Assembly: GCF_006345805.1 (NCBI RefSeq)
Contig: NC_043006.1
Coordinates: forward strand, 19,096,001 to 19,160,000
Length of the DNA: 64,000 nt
Direction: 5' to 3'
Source: Octopus sinensis
Lineage: Eukaryota
Below are positions 52,662 to 64,000 of the stretch, piece by piece. Numbering within the stretch: position 1 is the stretch's first letter; each line of letters begins with the position of its first letter. The notes under the pieces were generated by a model, which was not told the origin of the DNA, did not search any database, and worked only from the letters and a program-made list of their open reading frames with translations. A program made the position numbers and the translations under genes.

Positions 52662-53670
52662 GCGGTGAGCTGGCAGAATCGTTAGTACGCCAGACGAAGT
52701 GCTTAGCAGTTTTTCATATATCGCTACTTTCTCAGTTCAAATTCCGCCGAGGTCGACTTTGCCTTTCATCCCTTCCGGGGTCGATTAAATAAGTACCAGT
52801 TACGCACTGGGATCGATATAATCGACTTAATCCGTTTGTCTGTCCTTGTTTGTCCTCTCAGTTTAGCTCCTTGTGAGTAGTAAAGAAATTGGTATTTCAT
52901 ATGTCGCTACGTTCTCAGTTCAAATTCCGCCGAGGTCGACTTTGCCTTTCATCCTTCCGGGGTCGATTAAATAAGCACCAGTTACGCACTGGGGTCGATA
53001 TAATAACTTAATCCGTTTGCATGTCCTTGTTTGTCCTCTCTGTTTAGCCCCTTGTAGGTAGTAAAGAAATTGGTATTTCATATGTCGCTACGTTCTCAGT
53101 TCAAATTCCGCCGAGATCGACTTTGCCTCTCATCCTTCCGGGGTCGATTAAATAAGCACCAGTTACGCACTGGGGTCGATATAATAAACTTAATCCGCTT
53201 GTCTGTCCTTGTTTGTCCTCTCTGTTTAGCCCCTTGTGGGTAGTAAAGAAATAGTTTTTTTCATATGTCGCTACGTTCTCAGTTCAAATTCCGCCGAGGT
53301 CGACTTTGCCTTTCATCCTTCCGGGGTCGATTAAATAAGCACCAGTTACGCACTGGGGTCGATATAATCAACTTAATCCGTTTGTCTGTCCTTGTTTGTC
53401 CTCTCAGTTTAGCCCCTTGTGGGTAGTAAAGAAATTGGTATTTCATATGTCGCTACGTTCTCAGTTCAAATTCCGCCGAGATCGACTTTGCCTTTCATCC
53501 TTCCGGGGTCGATTAAATAGGCACCAGTTACGCACTGGGGTCGATGTAATAGACTTAATCCGTTTGTCTGTCCTTGTTTGTCCTCTCTGTTTAGCCCCTT
53601 GTGGGTAGTAAAGAAATAGGTTTTTTTGATATGTCGCTACATTCTGAGTTCAAATTCCGCCGAGGTCGAC
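52662..53670 (+). repeat. Tandem array of SINE B: one headed copy, four head-less ~182-bp units and a partial unit
   Basis: Unit starts near 52894, 53075, 53258, 53440 and 53624; each junction is tail to (GGTA)TTTCATATGTCGCTAC. Confidence 0.92.
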
Positions 53671-53679
53671 TTCGACTTA

Positions 53680-54300
53680 CATTATTTTGTGATGGATAAA
53701 TTAAGTAGCAATGAAACACTGAGGTCGATGTAATCGACTAGTCCCCTCCATTAAAATTTCAGGTCTTGTGCATATAGTTGAAGGGATTAATATTAGTAGT
53801 AATAGTGGGGTGGTGAGCTGGAAGAATTGTTGTCGCGCCGGGATAAATGCTTAGCGGCATTTCGTCCATTTTCACTAAGTTAAAATTTCACCGATGTTAA
53901 CTTTATCTTTTATCCCTTTCGGGAACGATAAAATAATACCAGTAGAATACTGGGGTCGATGTAATCAACTTAAACTCTCTCCCGAAATTACTACTATTCT
54001 GCCAAAATTCGAAACAATTATCACTAAGACGGTGAGATGCCAGAATTGTTAACACGCAAGACAAAATGCTGACTTCAAATTCCACCAAGGTCGATTTTGC
54101 TTTTCATGCTTTCGAAGTTAAGTACCAGTTGAACACCGGGGACGATGAACTTAATTATTCCCCTTCCCCGAAATTTCAGGAATTGTGACTATAATAGAAA
54201 GAATTATTGCTACTGTTATTTTAAATGCTGCCAAGATTTACTTTAACTTTCGCCCCTTCTGGTTTGTTAAAATAAAGTACCAGTTTAGAATTCTGGTCGA
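53680..54300 (+). mobile_element. Cluster of degenerate SINE B-prime copies
   Basis: Repeated GGGGTCGATGTAATC and AAATTTCAGG blocks. Confidence 0.6.
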
Positions 54301-56156
54301 TCGTATCGGCTAAATTATGTTGTGATATAAGTTATCTTTAGAGAGAGCAAGACTAGACCGTTCAAATCTGGGTTCCACCAATCGTCTTAAACACTTGCAT
54401 GTAAATTCTGTCACTAATCAAAAACAAAATGTCAGGATTTTTATTCTCACAGAAATCAATTTCACAAATTGATATATTGTAAGAAAGCGGGTTTTAACAA
54501 TTATTTTAACAATTTGTTGACTTCACATTAACTATGAAGCATAAATCATGATAGTCTAAACTTTTGTTATTCAAAATTACAATTAGCAGTGACAGAACAT
54601 AAATCGTTTCGCTTACTGTTTACTATAATAAATGTATGGGTGTACTTATTTGGAAGCACGCGATTAAATCCACCATAATATATTAAATGTATCTAAATTA
54701 ATAATCCGAAAGGAACGTAAGGCAAAAAGAACTTTTGAGTCCTTGACATGCTGAAAACAAGATATGAAGTGGTGCAACGCAATAAGTTAATATATTTGCA
54801 GTTGCAGCTTCTCTGACGTCGATCGACAAATGATAAAGGTAATTTGTCGAAAAATTGGCAAAAGCATTGGCAATTTAATTTCTTTTAAAAGAATCAGATA
54901 AAAGTATATAACCAGCATATTCGTTCAAATATATTAACATACATATACCAGACAAGTTAGATATGTCAATGGTATATGTACAAAATATAAAAAACTGCAG
55001 AGGTCACTGTGGTAAAAGGAAACTAAGCAGTATGTATGCGTACAGATATGCGTATGTATATGTCTCTCTGTTTGACAAATGATGTTGGTATCTTCATATC
55101 GTATTATGCTTATGGTTTAGGGAAACAGTGGCTCTCAGAATAGGTACTACGCTTCTAAAGAATAAGAACAATGCATGATACAAGTATAAGAATATGGGAC
55201 TCACACACAAATTAAAAGTACATTTTAGAGAAAGAATCTGGTAAGACTGACACTTTCATCTAAGTGTATCAGCATCACAACTAAAATCCCACAAAAGATT
55301 TCACCAAAAGTGTTTAGTCTTTATAAATATATTTGTTGCAAATGCTGTTCTGGATCTCAACTTTGAATAAGCTGACATACAATCAAAGATATTTTACTCA
55401 TGACTACTTCGTCTCCGATTTTTCAGCGTAAGCTGATATCCAGTATGTATCTATTTTGATAGAGTGGGCTGTAATTTGAGGGAGCTTTAGCTAGTATGTT
55501 GTAGCTGTGGATAATCAGCGGTTGTAAGATTTTTCTGTGTGTTTAAAATTTAATTTGTGATGAAAGTGGGACAGTATTTTTAGCCGTTATAACCTCTATA
55601 TTAATGCGCAAAGAAGGACGTTACGGTTGAAGTATTGATAATTTCAATTGCTGCAGTTTAGTACCTGAATGATATGGAGGAGTAAAAGAAATACGTTTTA
55701 TGGGTCGTCATTTGTAGAAGCGCTTTAATGCGTAACCTAATAGGTGAGAAATAATCAACGCAAAAGAAGAGCATTTATTCTTCGAGTTTAGTGTAGCGTC
55801 GTATTTTGCTTACGTCAGAGGATCAGTTAAAATTTTAGTAATAGTGTCACACATGACACAACTCCCTTATGCTGTATAAAACTCGATATCGTCTCTTTGC
55901 CCGGGTGGGTGGTAAGTGTAAATTTGTAGCTGAATGATTTGAGCTATGGTATGTGTTTAGCAGTGTAGTGTCATTCTTCTTGCCGAGTGATCACCAGTTG
56001 ACTTAATTCGAATATTAGAATGTTATCACCAAAATTAATTTGTTTCTGAAAATGAACCGGAATTATTAATGTGAATCGATATGAACAGACCCTCACCCCA
56101 TATGAATTCAATAGAGAATGTTTAAATTTACGAATAATAGCTCTGAAAATGTTATA

Positions 56157-56319
56157 GGCGCAGGAGTGGCTGTGTGGTAAGTAGCTTGCTAACCAACCAC
56201 ATGGTTCCGGGTTCAGTCCCACTGCGTGGCATCTTGGGCAAGTGTCTTCTGCTATAGCCCCGGACCGACCAATGCCCTGTGAGTGGATTTGGTAGACGGA
56301 AACTGAAAGAAGCCCGTCG

Positions 56320-56402
<83 letters not shown>

Positions 56403-56595
56403 TGTGTCCCTAGCATTGCTTGACAATCGATGCTGGTGTGTTTACGTCCCCGTCACTTAGCGGTTCGGCAAAAGAGACCGATAAAATAAGTACTGGGCTT
56501 ACAAAGAATAAGTCCCGGGGTCGAGTTGCTCGACTAAAGGCGGTGCTCCAGCATGGCCGCAGTCAAATGACTGAAACAAGTAAAAGAGTAAAAAG
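56157..56595 (+). mobile_element. SINE family A, full length
   Basis: A and B boxes, internal (TA)(TATG)(TG) tract, tail TGAAACAAGTAAAAGAG. Confidence 0.92.
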
Positions 56596-57551
56596 AGTAA
56601 GCAATCAGTTGAATTCTTAGAAATACAACTTGCATTTGTTGTTGTTTAGTTCCAGTTCGATGAAGGGGTAAAATACGATCCAATATAAATCCCATTAACG
56701 GCGTGCTTCAATAAATTGCATGTCTTAATCCGTTTCCCTCTTCAATATCACCACCATATGTTTGATACTCGGAGTATTGGAAACATTCGTGGAAGGACTA
56801 CTAGCTGATAAATGTTTCCCTTCTTCCCACCAATCAAATGTCCTTAAGTCACAAGATGTAGGGGAAATATATTAAAGTTGGTCGAATTCTTGGCAAGAGA
56901 TGACGAAGCTCCACTAAAATTTAAGGCAAGACTGAACAGATTCCAGACTGTGAAGCATATAAAGACATCCCTTGATTATGCTCACGGTCGCTATGATGGC
57001 TTCATAGCCGTGGTTACAAAATGCTCTAGTTATTGGTGAGTAGCCTCCACCAGATGGGCTCTGTAATGTTCATCACAATGTGAATCACTTTTGTATTGTG
57101 TGATCGATGTATTAATATATTCTTCGGAGATTATTATGAGACATCTTCTTAGCTAATTCGGTTTGACTAGAGGTGATTTTCTACCAAAATTATTCGGTGT
57201 GGAGCTAGCAAAGTTAGCTGATTTTTAATAAAGGAATAGTCAGTCAATAATGGTGTCTGGAATAGAGTGACTAGGAAAATGTCAGACTATTCGAATACAA
57301 TATTGAAGAATAGAAAAAAATATTTCCAAAAATGATACCTCAAGTGAATTGTGAGTTGAAATAAATTCCTTCCAAAACAGTTCGTGAATTAAAATACTTG
57401 TGGCATGATAGTTTCCAGACCGAGAGACACAGAAGTACAAAGAGAAGCAGTGAAACTGAGTTCCAGTCAGGGGTTTCTAGTTGCTGACAAACTATGTGAT
57501 GAAGTGGATGAATTCTATAGATGCCATGTTGCGATACAGAATATGGAATGG

Positions 57552-57931
57552 AAGCACTCCGTCGGTTACGACGACGAGGGTTCTGGTTGATCCGAATCAA
57601 CGGAACAGCCTGCTCGTGAAATTAACGTGTAAGTGGCTGAGCACTCCACAGACACGTGTACACTTAACGTAGTTCTCGGGGATATTCAGCGTGACACAGA
57701 GAGTAACAAGGCCGGCCCTTTGAAATACAGGTACAACAGAAACAGGAAGTAAGAGTGAGAGAAAGTTGTGGTGAAAGAGTACAGCAGGGATCACTACCAT
57801 CCCCTGCCGGAGCCGCGTGGAGCTTTAGGTGTTTACGCTCAATAAACACTCACAACGCCCGGTCTGGGAATCGAAACCGCGATCCTACGACCGCGAGTCC
57901 GCTGCCCTAACCACTGGGCCATTGCGCCTCC
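57552..57931 (-). mobile_element. SINE family C copy with 11-bp TSD
   Basis: ATACAGAATAT at 57534-57544 and 57932-57942. Confidence 0.9.
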
Positions 57932-58669
57932 ATACAGAATATAGTCTGGCCAGCAAATATGAAATAGGAATTCAACAAAAAAATAATAATAATAAAACAA
58001 TAGGTGGGTCGTTTTATTTCTGTTAGAAAGCTAAATCTTGCTCTAGTCACATATTTTTGAACGGGGATTATAATTCCAGATAAGCTCTGTTTGAAATAAA
58101 AGGACAGTGTCACGTCCAAGTTGCCTTTCATCATCATTGTGCTAGATCATGGCTAACCTAAGGTTAAACATCAACTCCATACTTGCTGTCAATTACAACA
58201 ATAATTATACTCTAACGTCTGTATAGTGAAAGACTCTCTCCTGAGTGAACATGACAGTAGAGAGTATCGGATTATCTATTGGGTTAAAACCTAGATTAGA
58301 TTTTCAAATTAATTCTGATCGCCTGATATTAGTTCGCTTTAACAGGTACATTAAATCACTTTTAATTCGTTACTCACCTTTGCTGGAATATCCAGTTATT
58401 AATATTTAGCAGTAGGTATGAATTATATTGTGTAGCTATCGCTATATAAAAGTTACATTATATGTCATTGTTGAAGACCTGCCAACTCTCTCACCGCATT
58501 ATTAACAAGTGCATCTATATCTTCCTAACCAATTTAATTTCTCCAGATCTATGTTGTCTTATATAGCATGATGTAATTTGGGGGAGATTTATCTGCTATT
58601 TCTACTAGATCATATATTTAGATGTTATGTATTAATACGTGTATATCGTGCATTATTGGGTAATGGGTA

Positions 58670-58982
58670 AAGACCCCCTCCGATCATGAGTCACCATGGG
58701 ATTGCACGTAGAAAGTTCCCCTCCGAGGTATATGTTCGAGCAAAGTTGTTTGTGGAAGACCAACAGGCACCCATACATACCAGCCTTCTCTCTTCACGCC
58801 ACTGATGCTATCCAAGGGAAAGCCAAAGGCATCAGTGCCATCGTAACTCATTTCTACAATTGAGTGAATTGCAACGTAAAATAAAGTATCTTGCTCAAGA
58901 ACACAACACACTGCCCGGTCCGGGAATCGAAGTCACTACCTCAAGATTGTGAGTCCGACGCTCTAACTATTGAGCCACGTGC
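58670..58982 (-). mobile_element. tRNA-derived SINE family D (degenerate, headed)
   Basis: GGCACGTGGCTCAATAGTTAGAGC...TTCGATTCCCGGACC head; body and tail match ~11956-12200. Confidence 0.75.
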
Positions 58983-60150
58983 CTTCATAATAGGTATATA
59001 ATAGATGTAGTATTGAATTGTTGCTGTTGTGTGATCCCGAATCAAACTTGATTGAGCGGATTTTCGATCATAGGAGTCCTGTCTATTCCGGCCCCATCCC
59101 AATCACTGGGTATGTAGATCTACGCCCCCCGTCATGATGTTATTTTCTAAGATGGTAAGGTGTTACTGGAAAGAAATCGTGTTGCTAATATTAGCAAGCC
59201 AATCGACCAGGTTGAGAATTCCCACCTCATTGCCTGGTAAATAGTTCACATCAGCAGTAATTTCGGTATATATAATATATTGATAGGTACAGAGGTGGAT
59301 AAGATAGTATTGCAGTAATTGGAAATCTTCTGCACTAGAAATAGATAGACACAATAACAGCAAGGAAACTAACAAAGGAAACCGTTGCTACGCGTTCTTT
59401 GGACCAGATAAAAATGAAATCGAAGTTGGTATACCATTTACACCAAACTTCTAGGTAGAAAATAGTCGGACAATTATCACAGCCACCACACGTTTCATCA
59501 TAAGTTACCTTGAGTATTGCCGACCAAGGGTTAAATAGGAACAACATCGTATATTTTGTTGGTGTTATAAGCAAGAACTGAACAGATCTATTACTGAAAG
59601 CATGCACTCCAGTTATGACTAACTAGTCGATTTTATTTTCGAAGTAGAGTGTAGACCGGACTGATATATTTAATAAGTCCGTTTTCATTTCCAACACAGG
59701 AGCGCGAGTTTTGAGGAAAATTTAAATGCTGTTTTCTCTAGCACAAAAAGTTATCATGTACAAGCACTTTTCTAGTTCGTTTTAGTTTCCATAGGTGAGT
59801 AATCTAACCCTGTCCATGTTATCGATTACGAGTGAAATTAGAAGCTACAAAGAGAAAACAGTGAAATAATCTTGTGGAAAATCGATATCCTATCAAATTC
59901 TTTACCCAATGACAGCAGAACTCCAATTCTCGCGTGCATTTCTTTTCATTTTCGTCAGCATATTGTCACAGAAGATTAGTTAGTTCCTAACAGAGAAATC
60001 GTTACATGTTCACCCATTATTTACATTCGCTATTCAAATCCATTCTTCTCTTTTACTTTTATCACATTCTATCGGCTTATATATTCCCTAACTATTTACT
60101 CGACACTACACATACATATACTTATAAACATATTTCTAAATTGATATATA

Positions 60151-60188
<38 letters not shown>

Positions 60189-60389
60189 TATATAAACACA
60201 CGCACACATCTTCAATAGAGGTGTTAAGAAAATATATTATACAAACAATTCCCTGTATATCTTAAATTCTGTCACGTATGTGTGCACTGCTTATTTTATC
60301 ACTACTTATTTAACTGCAATGTTTATTAGCTTCTCAAAACCTGAATAATCTCTCTCATCTCTTTTAAGTTCATGAATTTATGTTTCTAA

Positions 60390-62000
60390 ACACTACACGA
60401 GCATGCTTTTGATTTGGATACATTTTTTGTAGATTTGGCAACTATGAGATAGATTTTTAACTAGCCCTGCAAGTTATTCTAATGGGCCAATTCACGCTTG
60501 AAATAGACATCCAAACCTTGTTACAAATTGGACACTTGTGGAGTCATTGTCATTTTGTGATTCTATCTATTCCTCCTGAACATCATCCTCGCAGTCGACT
60601 GCATCGACCTCAAAAGGATTGCCATACTAATTTGGAATATTCAGCGCATTAACATCTTGAAATCGCTCCAACATGTTATCGTGCAATGATTGTAAATAGT
60701 TACGATATGTAGTTAAATCTTCATCAACCAATTCATCTGTCAAAGAATCAAGTTGTTGAAATATTAGTCTTAAACAACAACACCAGTTTCGAAATGAAGG
60801 TAGTGATAAATGATTTACAACCAACGAGAGCTTTTCTGTTTCCTTGCAATAACTTATTCAAGTCATCATTTAAATTTGTGAATATATCAGGAAGAAATAA
60901 GACATCGCACATTCCAGCTGTCAATGAAGCGGATAGTGGAGTATCTTCAAAGAAAAAGATATATAAAACAGTTTAACAAACCGTAAAACACAGTTTCGTT
61001 TTGACAGCCACCGCACTTCGGTATGGTATAAGAGTTTAGTATGGTCCTCATCATTTCTCAGAGTTGACGGAAAATTCGATCAGACAAGGGATTGGGTTTC
61101 GATTTGTTCACAGTTTTGGTAAATAACTGTAGTGCATCATTCAATCTGCTGTTCATATTTTTTGCCACTAAATGCTGCCGATGTGCCAAGCAATGAACAG
61201 TTAGTATCTGGTGGGAAATTTCACGCTTTCGGTGAGATGAAAAACCTCTGTATCTTCTTATAATCGAAGGGACTCCAACGGATGCACAGGCAAGAATATT
61301 ACTGAGTGAAATATGGCCAAAAAGGAAAGACTTGAGAGTGTGAAAAATAGTTGCACCTTTTGAATCAAGCGGCAGTTTCTCTGAACTGCATTTCCTCACA
61401 AGGCTGAAGGTCTTCACTGAAATACCGAACATATATCATCAAACATTGATTGTCCACAACAATTGACTCATCCACTTGTATAGAAAATTCAGAACGCTGG
61501 AGAATATTAATGAGCTATATAGTTAGCCATTTCATCGATGCGTCGAGAGATGGTGTTATTATTAAGTAGGATCTTCTTCATAATGTTATCGGGTTTTTCT
61601 TGCATAACGATTGACAAAACCTCTTCGATAACTGGGCGAAGTAAAGTTTCTTCATTTGTGTGAGACTTCCTAGACATAGCAACAAGCAATGCAATGTTGT
61701 ACGATGTAATGAACCTGTCATTCTCAGGTTTACTAGTTTCCTGGAATAGCCTGTTGAATGTTTGTATTTGCTTTTTGAAAGAGGAGCTCAGTCGCAAAAA
61801 GTATGATAACGGCTTGTCCCTCTTGTCAGAATGCTTTGCATCAAAGCGATACTTCAAGCGGGAAGGTTTCATTGCTTCGTTGGTTAATGTTTGATAGTAA
61901 AGAAGGCACATTGTAACTGACAGTTCTGATGAGAGGGAATAAATCCAAACGATAAGTAATCACTATTATACTGTCGACAAATTTTCATGACTGGAGACAT
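60390..62000 (-). mobile_element. Decayed hAT (Buster/ZBED5/SCAND3-like) transposase
   Basis: KICRQYNSDYLSFGFIP, NEAMKPSRLK, SYNIALLVAMSRKSHTNEETLLRP, NNNTISRRIDEMA, VHCLAHRQHLVAK; Charlie-like TIR remnant (CCATAGCTTCCCAAAGTGGG on minus) at ~62821-62840. Confidence 0.88.
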
Positions 62001-63049
62001 CAGTGAAGTGAAAATGAGAAAACGTGAAAACGAATTTCTGCAGACGGTGTCAGAAAGGCAGTATGGATTCCCAAAGAGAAGTCAATAGAGCAGAGTCAGA
62101 TGACACGTCTTTACTGGAGCAAATACGGATCTAGCTCGTTTGGCTACCAGCATTTCAAAAATTAAAGTTTATCGAAAATTTTAGAATATGGCACGTTAAT
62201 GTACCTTTCCAAGCTAAATTGCTGGAGTTTATTCGACTTTTTCCAGAGAAATGATTTTAAAAAGTTATAGAGGTTTAAAGTGTGATCATTTTCACCCAGT
62301 CAAGAAACACGACCTCAAAGCTGTCGTTTTGTGCGTGACTACACATTTTGTAAAACTCCTGAAAATAGCGCATGCATTTTGATATGAAGCCACAGAATTA
62401 CGCATGACATATAAACCCCTCATAACTTTTAATTTTACGAAATTTTCAGAAATTTTTGCGAAGTTGAATTCTATTCTCAGAACTTCATACGATTATGCAA
62501 AAACAAAAAGATTGTAGTGGAGTGTGATTTAAGGCCTAGGCCTATTTGGCTGCTATATTTAGCATGCATGACAACCATCTCAACGGCTGTGATAAAAATA
62601 TTCGATCGATAAACAAGTCCACTTTTGAAATCGTGTTTCTAGGGCCGTCTCATGCAAGTAGTCAAATCGATAAAAGTGCATCCTTATTCTAGGCATACCT
62701 AGATATCAGTAAATGCAGACTTAATTTCTAAAAGTTCATTGTCACCCACAAAATGTTCATATCGCCCACCAAAATCTCAGATCACCCATTCACCCATCGC
62801 CCACCTGTAAGTTGAAATCGCCCACTTTGGGAAGCTATGGGTTAGTGTGTTGCACTGTCGATGGCGCTATCGGGATTTTACTATCTAGACCGGGTGGTAC
62901 GTTGTACGCTTCTGTTAAACATTTCATTTCACATTTCTCTGCAATCACTTCAACATATGACGCGTGGTACACTGTTTAGACAACGTCGATTTAATAGAGA
63001 TGATTGGCTTATATGCGGTACGAACATATGATCACAGATCGTTTGGCAT

Positions 63050-63570
63050 AAAGCTAAACACTCATACGTCGTCTTTATATTTTAGCTCTTAGAATCCATC
63101 ATATTTTAGCTCTTACATCCTCCAGTGCTAACAGCTCAACCGTCAACAAATCTTCTCCACACATCCAAATCTTCTCCACACATCCAAATTACTCGGGCCA
63201 ACTCCCATCGTTAACACGTCCCGGAACGCACATCGCTACAACTTGCTCGGTCTTACTATCGGGCTTTCTTCTCCTGCCGGCATCGACTCCATCACGATGT
63301 AGGTAACCTAGAAGCACATGGCCAGTAGACCGTATCCGATGCTTACTCACCATATCCTGCAAACTTCCCATGCCTGCTCTCTTTCTCACCTCTTTGTTTC
63401 TCACTCTGTTTTGTAAGGCATAAACATAAGCAACGTCGATGGAACATGTCCAGCATTTGAGAGACCTATGGTGTCTTCTTCCCAGTTTTCCAAGTTATGC
63501 CAACTCCATACAGGTGAATGCTTTATGGAGTGGGTTTGCTAGCCCCATGCACTACATACCTACGATTTCA
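63050..63570 (-). mobile_element. RTE-type LINE 3' fragment
   Basis: RNKEVRKRAGMGSLQDMVSKHRIRSTGHVL (cf. RWRWxGHVLR region). Confidence 0.6.
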
Positions 63571-63666
63571 ATATATAATAATAATAATAATAATAATATG
63601 AGGGAATACTATTCCAAACTAAGAAGGAAAAATTCAATTTAGAAATACTAAATCAAATTTCACAAA

Positions 63667-63717
<51 letters not shown>

Positions 63718-64000
63718 GAAAAAAAAACACCTTTTATCAATTCAATAATGAAAAATTAATTTATACCATTTAGAAAAATTACATTTTATAGAAAGATTAA
63801 ATATACGATAAAAGATATAACAATGATTAAGTAACGTGCAAAATAAAAAACAATTAAACGTATATACCAAATATATACGTTTTATTTATTATTTTGCACA
63901 TTACTTAATCATTGTTATATCTTTTATCGTATATTTAATCTTTCTATAAAATGTAATTTTTCTAAATGGTATAAATTAATTTTTCATTATTCAATTGATA

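Noticed and set aside
52662-53670. Regular repeats superficially like a CRISPR array (also 14321-15150)
   Set aside because: No unique spacers; units are SINE bodies or satellite monomers in eukaryotic DNA.
59163-59375. ORF with a signal-peptide-like start (LVSLLLLCLSISSAED), considered as a protocadherin or secreted-protein exon
   Set aside because: No ATG, in-frame stop just upstream, no cadherin motifs or clear splice context.

Overview
AT-rich, microsatellite-dense animal genomic DNA. The SINE repertoire and TTAGGG-type repeats point to an octopod cephalopod (Octopus-like); this is recalled from family resemblance, not a search. No host protein-coding exon could be supported, and nearly all listed ORFs are microsatellite read-throughs or decayed transposon fragments. 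Mobile elements recognised: a Penelope-like (PLE) RT remnant, two CR1/L2-type LINE fragments, RTE fragments, an R4/Dong element lacking its RT, L1/Tx1-clade elements, a Helitron cluster with a 160-bp satellite, a hAT (Buster/ZBED5-like) remnant, two foldback elements and four tRNA-derived SINE families. Three things stand out. (1) There are seven type I hammerhead ribozyme (HHR) motifs with palindromic or near-palindromic helix III, from five or six unrelated short elements, mostly inside (TA)n or (AAT)n tracts. They include a tandem 445-nt repeat with one HHR per unit (retrozyme/circRNA-like), a U3-A8 covariant HHR in a long rod, and a tRNA-headed HHR element. (2) Two divergent ORF1-only retroelements are stacked at one site and delimited by three copies of the same 16-bp target duplication. 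(3) A Tx1-like LINE, these ORF1-only elements and a SINE share one 3' tail, and the LINE sits at the same GGTATTT site of the SINE head where the SINE forms head-less tandem arrays. All alignments and folds were done by eye; boundaries are approximate unless given to the base.
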